DNA from: an uncultured Candidatus Entotheonella sp.
GTDB lineage: Bacteria; Tectomicrobia; Entotheonellia; Entotheonellales; Entotheonellaceae
Reading direction: 5' to 3'
Length of the DNA: 64,000 bases
Assembly (NCBI GenBank): GCA_965215335.1
Contig: CBDCDA010000001.1
Coordinates: 1,184,001-1,248,000, forward strand
Below, one piece after another: positions 1-7,041 of the stretch. Each line of letters begins with the position of its first letter. The stretch's first letter is position 1. The translations under genes and the position numbers were made by a program. The notes below the pieces were generated by a model. It was not told the DNA's origin. It made no database searches and saw nothing but the letters and a program-made list of their open reading frames with translations.

Positions 1-874
1 CCTTGCATCCTCCTTCGCTTACGCAGGCGTCCCACTCCCGAAAGGTCACCTCGTACACGCCGACCGCAAACGGTTCAGCGATCGTCACTCGACGCTGCGG
101 ACCTTCATTGTCGAAGCGGCCCCACTCGGAAGCCGGCGACCCCATCATGAACGACCCCGCCGGCACGACCACCAACTCCGGACACGCCTCGCAGTCGCGT
201 ATGCGCGTCCCGGGCTGTCCTGCGCGTCTCTGCCGGTCGGCCTCCGCTCGGGCGCGCGCTGACGTTCCACGCTGCCGTCCCTGTCTCTCGTGGTCCGCTT
301 CTGCCTCAGTTTGACGGCCTGGGTCCTGAGACTCAGGCTCAGCCCTCGCTGCCGTCTCGGGTTTGCGCTTCGCGCCAAGCGCAAGCAGCGACCCGGCAGC
401 CTCGGCGTCCAGATAACCCGTTGGCGCTTTACCGCGTGCGGCTTGCCACTGGCCAATCGCCGCCCGCGTCCGGCGGCCAAACACGCCATCCGCCGGACCA
501 GGAGCAAATCCTGCCGCGGCAAGACCTGCCTGGATCAGACGTCGGTCTGTACGGGTCAAAGCCAGCGCGGCCTCTGCCGACTCCGACCTCCGTGGCGATT
601 GCGCAAGCAGCAACCTGGCGGCCTTGGCGTCCAGGTAGCCTGTTGGCTCCTCACCACGTGCGGCCTGCCACCGGCCAATCGCCGCCCGCGTCCGGCGACC
701 AAATACGCCGTCTGCCGGGCCAGGGTCAAATCCTGCCGCTGCAAGACTCGACTGGATCAGACGTCGGTCGGCACGGGTCAAACTCAGCGCGGCCTCTACG
801 ACAGCGTGATCTTCGGCCCATGCGCCGCTCACTGACTGTACCAACAACAGAATGAGAGAGACGCCTATACGCAT
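1..874 (-). CDS. Secreted protein: signal peptide + two peptidoglycan-binding (PG_binding_1-like) repeats + FGE-sulfatase (SUMF1/EgtB/PvdO) domain; 3' end runs off the window
   Basis: Not in the ORF track because it has no stop inside the window. Manual minus-strand translation from ATG 874 (GGAGG at 886-890): MRIGVSLILLLVQSVSGAWA-EDHAVVEAALSLTRADRRLIQSSLAAAGFDPGPADGVFGRRTRAAIGRWQAARGEEPTGYLD, a second such repeat, then RDCEACPELVVVPAGSFMMGSP...EGPQRRVTIAEPFAVGVYEVTFREWDACV. Open throughout. Confidence 0.9.
   Translation of the reverse strand, partial: MRIGVSLILLLVQSVSGAWAEDHAVVEAALSLTRADRRLIQSSLAAAGFDPGPADGVFGRRTRAAIGRWQAARGEEPTGYLDAKAARLLLAQSPRRSESAEAALALTRTDRRLIQAGLAAAGFAPGPADGVFGRRTRAAIGQWQAARGKAPTGYLDAEAAGSLLALGAKRKPETAARAEPESQDPGRQTEAEADHERQGRQRGTSARARAEADRQRRAGQPGTRIRDCEACPELVVVPAGSFMMGSPASEWGRFDNEGPQRRVTIAEPFAVGVYEVTFREWDACVSEGGCK
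379..800. repeat. Imperfect tandem repeat, period 222 bp (74 codons), encoding the two PG-binding domains
   Basis: gcgcaagcag... starts at 379 and 601; the internal blocks ggccaatcgccgcccgcgtccggcg and ctggatcagacgtcggtc recur at the same offset. Confidence 0.9.
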
Positions 875-1193
875 GACGCTTGCGTCCTCCAGGTTCGGGT
901 TTGATCTCGAAGCACATCGTAAACAGCCAAATGCCACGCCCAAGTGACAACGAGCCCCGACCTTGCGCTTCACCATGCGGGCCGATCAATTGATCTCCTC
1001 ACCTGTCTTCCAACCAATACGTAACAGGCACTTCTACCAGAAGGGACCGATTGCGGAAAAGGGGTAGGGTCGCCGGCTGGGCGCGGTAGTGGCAGGCGGA
1101 CGAGAGTAGCTGTTTCAGACGGCTTTCGCAATGCCGGTGCCTCACGCCCCGCATAACCCCTCCCGCGCCAGTACGCCAGCCACCGTTCCACAC

Positions 1194-1490
1194 CTGCGTG
1201 CTGTAAAAGCATTTTCCGACATGGACGACGCCGGAGACGAAAGGACCCGTCGAAGAGCCTGCCCCGGACCTGATCCGGGGACATCAGGATCACGAGTTGC
1301 ACGGACAGGTCCTGTCGCTGGCCCTGGAAGCATGGTGGCGCGGCGAGATTTCGCGGGGAAAGCTGCTCGAAGTGGGCCGGCTGCTGGACATTGAGGGGGA
1401 GACGCTTCTCGACCTGGCTGGCTGAGGCGCTTTGAATGACGCGCCAAGACTTGGCGACGATCGTTCTGGATGCGTCGGTCCTGCCGAATT
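1194..1490 (+). pseudogene. Degenerate copy of the ImmA/IrrE 3' end and PIN 5' start (direct repeat of 3618-3913)
   Basis: Aligns by eye to 3618-3913 with scattered substitutions and a 1-bp indel (gacgaaaggaccc vs gacgaagcaccc); the PIN start ends at ctgccgaattaa. Confidence 0.9.
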
Positions 1491-1536
1491 AAAGAGGACT
1501 TGAATTGTCTGCGGCATTGCCGCATATTCGAGTGAT

Positions 1537-1869
1537 ATGCAGATATTTGCCACCAAAATCTACGAGCGAGCGATTCGCAAGTTGCTCTCGGACGATAGCA
1601 GGCGGGAAATGGAGGCCGCTATCGTGGCCGACCCCGTCGCAGCGCCGGTTATGCCGGGAACCGGGGGTATCCGCAAATTGCGTTGGGCCGGTTCAGGTCG
1701 GGGTAAGCGAGGCGGCATTCGGACGATATACTTTCATCACGCCGGGCCGGAAGCCATCTACATGCTGACAGCTTATGCGAAGGCCGCTCTCGACGACCTG
1801 AGTCCGTCGGACAAGAGGGCACTGGCGAGACTCGTTGCAGCAATCAAGGAAGCGGAGAAAACCACGTGA
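1537..1869 (+). CDS. Type II TA toxin, RelE/ParE (HigB-2-like) family
   Basis: 110 aa with GTGGIRKLRW...GRGKRGGIRTIY...MLTAYAK signature; stop overlaps the next start. Confidence 0.88.
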   Translation: MQIFATKIYERAIRKLLSDDSRREMEAAIVADPVAAPVMPGTGGIRKLRWAGSGRGKRGGIRTIYFHHAGPEAIYMLTAYAKAALDDLSPSDKRALARLVAAIKEAEKTT

Positions 1870-2171
1870 CAACGGAACGAACCCCACTGGGCAAGGAAAT
1901 CGAGGCGGCGCTGGGGGAGGTGCTTGCGCATGTGCGCGGTGAAATCGCGCTTCCCTGCCGGATCGCAGATGACCCGACCGCGGAGCGGATTCGTGCGCTT
2001 CGTGACAGCATGAAACTGAGCCGCCAAAAATTCGCCGAACGGTTCGGTCTCGACGCGCGCACCTTGCAGGACTGGGAGCAAGGCCGACGCGTTCCGGACC
2101 GCGCCGCTCGCGTGCTGCTGACGGTTATCGACCGTGAGCCGGAAGCTGTCGTGCGGGCGCTTGACGAGTGA
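1866..2171 (+). CDS. XRE/HTH antitoxin (HigA-type)
   Basis: LSRQKFAERFGLDARTLQDWEQGRRVP HTH; GTGA overlap with the upstream toxin. Confidence 0.88.
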   Translation: MTTERTPLGKEIEAALGEVLAHVRGEIALPCRIADDPTAERIRALRDSMKLSRQKFAERFGLDARTLQDWEQGRRVPDRAARVLLTVIDREPEAVVRALDE

Positions 2172-2243
2172 GAATTATAGTTGCCGAATGCGAGGGCATC
2201 CAATCCTTGATCGAGGATTTGCTCGCGATCATCACGGCCGAAC

Positions 2244-2423
2244 GCCCCTTTTCATATTGACCGCAACGGCTATCATCTGATGTTTGACACAATCCCGGCC
2301 TGGGTCTGTGATCAGTGCGGTGAGGCGTACTTTGAGGCACGCGGAGTCAACGCCATACAGCGCGCCATTCAGGGCCTTGACCAACAGGTTCGGCAGTTTG
2401 CCACGGATCTTGAGACGGCATAA
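2244..2423 (+). pseudogene. 5'-truncated YgiT-type zinc-finger (MqsA-like) antitoxin remnant
   Basis: Manual translation APFHIDRNGYHLMFDTIPAWVCDQCGEAYFEARGVNAIQ...ETA*. Has the second CxxC but no N-terminal CxxC or start; in-frame stop at 2208. Confidence 0.7.
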
Positions 2424-2511
2424 CGCGGCGTTACAGCCGGTCCGAATCCGAACCTGCATCCGCGGAAGACAGCTTTCAAAGTGCTATTATCGAAACCTGA
2501 ATAGACAATTA

Positions 2512-2540
2512 TTGACAAAATCCGTTCGATCACATAAGAT
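2512..2540 (+). promoter_or_regulatory. Sigma70-like promoter for the XRE-ImmA/IrrE gene
   Basis: TTGACA-17 bp-TAAGAT. Confidence 0.6.
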
Positions 2541-2585
2541 TGATATGTGCGAATGAGAGACACGTCCAGCAACTCGGAGGCTCAC

Positions 2586-3848
2586 ATGGTCATGACTGCC
2601 GAAGAGATCGGGCATCGCTTGCGATTCGCGCGCGAAAGCCGGCAGATCACCCAGGAGGCCGCCGGGGTTGTGCTCGGACTGCAGCGGTCCGCCATCAGCC
2701 TCATGGAATCCGGCCAGAGACAGGTCTCCACGCCTGAGTTGATCCGTCTTGCGGATCTGTACGGACGGGCTATCGAGTGGTTCGTGAACCCGAACATTCC
2801 AATCGAGCAAGAAGACCCGGTCGTCGCGCTCTTTCGCGCTGAGCCAGGCCTGCAAGGTGAAGTCGTTCAGAAGTACGCCTTCCGTTGTCTGCGTCTCCTC
2901 AGAGAAGGGGCGTCGCTTCGGCGACTGATTGGGCGCAGAGCGGCTGTCTTCCTGCCGCGTTACGAACTGCCGTCCCCTCGAACGGTCGGACAGGCCATTG
3001 TCCAAGGGCAGTTTGTGGCCGAGCAGGAGCGTCGGCGTCTCGATCTTGGCAAGGCGCCCGTGCGCAACGTGCCTGAGACGTTAGCCCACCAGAACATCTG
3101 GACGTCCGCCCTGCCGTTGCCGAGTGAAATCTCCGGGATGTTTCTGAGCAGTCCCGACTTCGGCATGGCGATTCTGGCCAACCTTACCCAATCGCCGGCG
3201 CGACGGCGGTTTTCTTATGCGCACGAATACGGCCATGCGCTGATGGACCGCAATGCGCCGGCCACGGTTACGAGTGTCCACAACGCCAAGACCAGGCCCG
3301 AACAGCGGGCCAACGCCTTTGCCGCCGCCTTCCTCATGCCCGCGGAGGGGGTGCGGGATTTTCTGCGCAACCTGGGCAAAGGAAAAGGCTCCCGCCACGA
3401 GGAAGCCGCGGCGGATGCCGTTACCGAAGCGGGCATCCGGGGGACGTTGCGGAACCCGGCACGCTCACAGAACGTGACCTATGCAGACGCGGCGCTGTTG
3501 GCCCGGCACTTTGGCGCCAGCTACGCGGCGGCGGTTTGGCGTCTGCGCGGCTTGAATCTCGTGAGCGTCGAGCACACCCAAATGCTTCTCAGCCAGACTG
3601 AGGAGGCCAACCGCTATCTGCGTGCGGTAAGCGCGTGTTCCGACATGGACGACGCCGAAGACGAAGCACCCGTCGAAGAGCCTGTCCCGGACCTGATCCG
3701 GGGACATCAGGATCACGAGTTGAATGGGCAGGTTCTATCGCTGGCCTTGGAAGCATGGTGGCGCGGCGAGATTTCGCGGGGAAAGCTGCTCGAAGTGGGC
3801 CGGCTGCTGGACATTGAGGATGAGACGCTCCTCGACCTGGCTGGCTGA
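2586..3848 (+). CDS. XRE HTH + ImmA/IrrE family metallopeptidase (antitoxin-type regulator)
   Basis: N-terminal HTH (RLRFARESRQITQEAAGVVLGLQRSAISLMESG), HEYGH zinc motif, EQRANAFAAAFLMP; GGAGG at 2576-2580 favours ATG 2586. Confidence 0.9.
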   Translation: MVMTAEEIGHRLRFARESRQITQEAAGVVLGLQRSAISLMESGQRQVSTPELIRLADLYGRAIEWFVNPNIPIEQEDPVVALFRAEPGLQGEVVQKYAFRCLRLLREGASLRRLIGRRAAVFLPRYELPSPRTVGQAIVQGQFVAEQERRRLDLGKAPVRNVPETLAHQNIWTSALPLPSEISGMFLSSPDFGMAILANLTQSPARRRFSYAHEYGHALMDRNAPATVTSVHNAKTRPEQRANAFAAAFLMPAEGVRDFLRNLGKGKGSRHEEAAADAVTEAGIRGTLRNPARSQNVTYADAALLARHFGASYAAAVWRLRGLNLVSVEHTQMLLSQTEEANRYLRAVSACSDMDDAEDEAPVEEPVPDLIRGHQDHELNGQVLSLALEAWWRGEISRGKLLEVGRLLDIEDETLLDLAG

Positions 3849-3858
3849 GGCGCTTTGA

Positions 3859-4056
3859 ATGGCGCGTCAAGACCCGGCGACGATCGTCCTGGATACGTCA
3901 GTCCTGCTGAATTTCGTGAACATCGGTCGCATTGAATTGCTTGGTCGGCTTGGGGCATCGATCATGTTACCCGACCAGGTTCTCGATGAGATAAAGCGTC
4001 CGAGCCAGAAAGAGGTGGTCGAAAATGCCGTGACGGCAGGCGTCCTTGATTTACAA
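3859..4056 (+). pseudogene. PIN-domain toxin, truncated by the IS
   Basis: IVLDTSVLLNF PIN N-terminal motif; the frame runs into the IS terminal repeat at 4057. Confidence 0.8.
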
Positions 4057-5166
4057 AGTGATGTTACGCGGCCTTGAGGAGTTGGAGTTCATCAAAGGCA
4101 TGACGCACCGCCTTGAGATAGAGCCGGGTTCGTAAGGCCACGTGATTGAGCCGATGTTGCACACTGAGCCATGTCAGGCGACACGCAGCATAAATCGCCA
4201 GAAAACAATGATTGCTCTGCGTCCGTACCGTTCGGGTCGGCGACTTGGCTAGCGACGCATGGCTCTTGAGCGTCTTGTGATACGTCTCCACGTTCCACCG
4301 TTTCTGGTAGATTGTGACGATGCCTTCTGCGTCCTGCTCGAGGTCGCTGCAAGCCAGATACAAAACCCCGCGGCTGCCGTCTTTGTTTGTAAAGACCTGG
4401 CGGACGAGGAGAACCGCAAAGTCCAGTCCCCTCAAGTAGCCGCGTACCGCTTGGCGTTCCGGCAAGTTCAGCGCCTCTAGGCGTGAGAAGTTTCCTTGGC
4501 GTTTGGCCTCGTAGCTCAAGGCCACCGTACGGTTGGATTTCAGGGCGATGACGAAATGCTTGCCCAAGCCCTGGCGAATGAAGTGCAAGTTTTCCTTGGC
4601 TGAAAACCAACTGTCAGCCAGCACGTAGCGGTAGGCCAACTGATTGCGCTGGCACACAGCCAGCATGCGGCGCAGGTGTTCATTCTTCGAGCGGTTGCTT
4701 TTGCGCTTCAAGGTTCCCGTTTTCGCATCACGGTAGACGATGGGTTTGCCGATGAGTTCACAGGCCACGGGCAGGGTGGTGCCTTGGGCGTGATAGACAC
4801 AGTTAAGCAGGTTGATGCCTTTGACGGTGCGGTTCTTGCTGTGGTCGAAGTGCCAGGCGATGAGTTCGTTTTCGTCCGTATAGGGCTTTTCCTCAATGGT
4901 GTCGTCGAAGATGAGGACGCCTCCGGCGTCTTCAATCTCACGCACCATGGGCTTGACGAGTTGCCAGAGGGTCTTGGAGTCAAAGTCTTCTTGGGCTAGA
5001 AAGCGGGTTATCTGGTCATGGCTGAGGGAACCTTCGAGCAGGTCGGACAGACCTGTTGCGGTGGTTGCGCCAAAGGAACTCAAAAGGTAATCGCTGTAGA
5101 GGTCTACGAGTTCTCTGTTCATGGTCCCTCGTCCTGTTCATGACTCAAACGGTGCGTAACATCACT
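4057..5166 (-). mobile_element. IS701-family-like insertion sequence
   Basis: Perfect 13-bp inverted repeats agtgatgttacgc (4057-4069) and gcgtaacatcact (5154-5166) around a DDE transposase; no target duplication visible. Confidence 0.85.
4064..5122 (-). CDS. DDE transposase, IS701 family
   Basis: LIFDDT, VLADSWF and YQKRWNVETYHKTLK motifs; 352 aa. Confidence 0.9.
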   Translation of the reverse strand: MNRELVDLYSDYLLSSFGATTATGLSDLLEGSLSHDQITRFLAQEDFDSKTLWQLVKPMVREIEDAGGVLIFDDTIEEKPYTDENELIAWHFDHSKNRTVKGINLLNCVYHAQGTTLPVACELIGKPIVYRDAKTGTLKRKSNRSKNEHLRRMLAVCQRNQLAYRYVLADSWFSAKENLHFIRQGLGKHFVIALKSNRTVALSYEAKRQGNFSRLEALNLPERQAVRGYLRGLDFAVLLVRQVFTNKDGSRGVLYLACSDLEQDAEGIVTIYQKRWNVETYHKTLKSHASLAKSPTRTVRTQSNHCFLAIYAACRLTWLSVQHRLNHVALRTRLYLKAVRHAFDELQLLKAA

Positions 5167-5183
5167 GTTTCATTTATGAGCGG

Positions 5184-5456
5184 GTGATTCCCTTCCTTTA
5201 TCGGCTCTCCTATACCGACCGATTTGGCATCGACGCTGCTCGAAACGAGCTATGGGGTGAGTATGCACATGGAGATGAGGGATTCCGGGAACACAAAAAA
5301 GAGATGCTCAATCTCGCTCGGCGTAACGCTGGCAGAAACGCACCATGCCCTTGCGGGAGCGGCATCAAGTACAAGAAATGCTGTTTGGACGAAGTCCAGG
5401 TGGCGGAGCGAGATACGCGACTGAGGGGCCAGGGTGCTCACCGCATGACGAAATAA
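5184..5456 (+). pseudogene. C-terminal fragment of a SEC-C motif protein (5' end removed at the IS)
   Basis: [18 protein letters not shown]; the reading frame is open back to the IS end ([11 protein letters not shown]...). Confidence 0.7.
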
Positions 5457-5496
5457 AGCATGTCGGAATTCCCAAACCAATAAGGGAAGCTAACTC

Positions 5497-7038
5497 ATGC
5501 CCACCCTGCACTGGCTGACACGCGACACCGACATTCACGCCGCTGCCCGCGTGCCCTATCGCCTGCTGGAAGAAGCTCCCGACCTTTCGGCTGGTGACCC
5601 GGACGTCGGCAACGTGCTCATCCAGGGCGACAATCTGGAGGCGTTGAAGGCCCTGCTGCCGTTCTATGCCGGTCAAGTGAAGTGTATCTACATCGACCCG
5701 CCGTACAACACGCGCTCGGCTTTCGAGCACTACGACGACAATCTCGAACATACCCAATGGCTGGCGATGATGTGGCCGCGCCTTGAACTGCTGCGCGACT
5801 TGCTGGCGGAGGACGGCTCGATCTGGGTGTCGATTGACGACAATGAGGGGCATTATCTCAAAGTCGTCATGGACGAGGTATTCGGGCGGAAGAATTTTGT
5901 GGCAAATGTGGTTTGGCGAAAGAACTATGCGCCAAAATCAAGCGCAAGGCACTTCTCCGAAGACCATGACCATATTTTGGCCTATGCCCGTAACGCCGAG
6001 GAATGGATTCCAAACCCTTTGCCTCGGACCGATAAACAAAACAGGGCATACAAAAATCAGGATAACGACCCACGAGGCCCTTGGCGGCCCAATAACCTTG
6101 CCGCTCGTAACTATTACAGCAAAGGAACTTATAGTATTCGCTGTCCCGGTGGACGTTTGATCGAAGGGCCACCTGCTGGTTCATATTGGCGCATTTCGGA
6201 AGATAAATTTTGGAAGATGGACCGCGACGGACGTATCTGGTGGGGAAAAGACGGTAATAATGTCCCTGCGCCCAAGATTTATCTGAGCGAGGTTAAGCAG
6301 GGCATCGTTCCACAGACGTTCTGGAACTACGAAGATGTTGGTCACACGCAGGACGCAAAAAAGGAAACCGTGAAACTATTTGGCAGTGAGGTTTTCGGGA
6401 CTCCAAAGCCCGAACGCCTCCTTCAACGCATCCTCCGCATCGCCACCAACCCCGGCGACCTCGTCCTCGACTCCTTCCTCGGCTCCGGCACCACCGCGGC
6501 GGTGGCGCACAAGATGGATCGCCGCTACGTCGGCATCGAAATGGGCGCGCACGCCGTCAGCCATTGCGTGCCGCGCCTGAAACAGGTCATCGACGGCGAA
6601 CAGGGCGGCATCTCCAGAAACGTCGGCTGGCAGGGCGGCGGCGGATTTCGCTTCTACCGCCTCGGTCCGCCGGTGTTCGACGCGGCGGGGCAGATTCGCG
6701 CCGACATCCCCTTTTCCGTGCTGGCCGCCCACGTCTGGTTCAGCGAGACCGGACGCCCGTGGCGCGGCAACGGCCAGTCGTCCTTCCTCGGCCGGCACGA
6801 CGGTCGCGCGTATGCGCTGCTGTACAACGGCATCCTCGGTGACAAGCGGCCGGACGGCGGCAACGTCCTGACCCGCGCCACCCTGGCGGTGATTCGGGCG
6901 GCAATGGCGCGTCAGGATGCGGGGTCCGCCGCTCCGCTCACGATCTACGGCGAGCGCTCGTGCCTGATGCCAGCCACCCTCGACCGCGAGCGCGTCACCT
7001 TCAAGCAGGTGCCCTACCACCTCAAGGCGTGGACCTGA
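5497..7038 (+). CDS. mod: Type III R-M N6-adenine DNA methyltransferase (Mod)
   Basis: IYIDPPYN and DSFLGSGTT motifs in beta order; GDNLEALKAL. Confidence 0.92.
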   Translation: MPTLHWLTRDTDIHAAARVPYRLLEEAPDLSAGDPDVGNVLIQGDNLEALKALLPFYAGQVKCIYIDPPYNTRSAFEHYDDNLEHTQWLAMMWPRLELLRDLLAEDGSIWVSIDDNEGHYLKVVMDEVFGRKNFVANVVWRKNYAPKSSARHFSEDHDHILAYARNAEEWIPNPLPRTDKQNRAYKNQDNDPRGPWRPNNLAARNYYSKGTYSIRCPGGRLIEGPPAGSYWRISEDKFWKMDRDGRIWWGKDGNNVPAPKIYLSEVKQGIVPQTFWNYEDVGHTQDAKKETVKLFGSEVFGTPKPERLLQRILRIATNPGDLVLDSFLGSGTTAAVAHKMDRRYVGIEMGAHAVSHCVPRLKQVIDGEQGGISRNVGWQGGGGFRFYRLGPPVFDAAGQIRADIPFSVLAAHVWFSETGRPWRGNGQSSFLGRHDGRAYALLYNGILGDKRPDGGNVLTRATLAVIRAAMARQDAGSAAPLTIYGERSCLMPATLDRERVTFKQVPYHLKAWT

Positions 7039-7041
7039 TTC

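Noticed and set aside
379..800. 222-bp repeat as a CRISPR or non-coding repeat
   Set aside because: The period is a multiple of three, there are no spacers, and it encodes two PG-binding domains.
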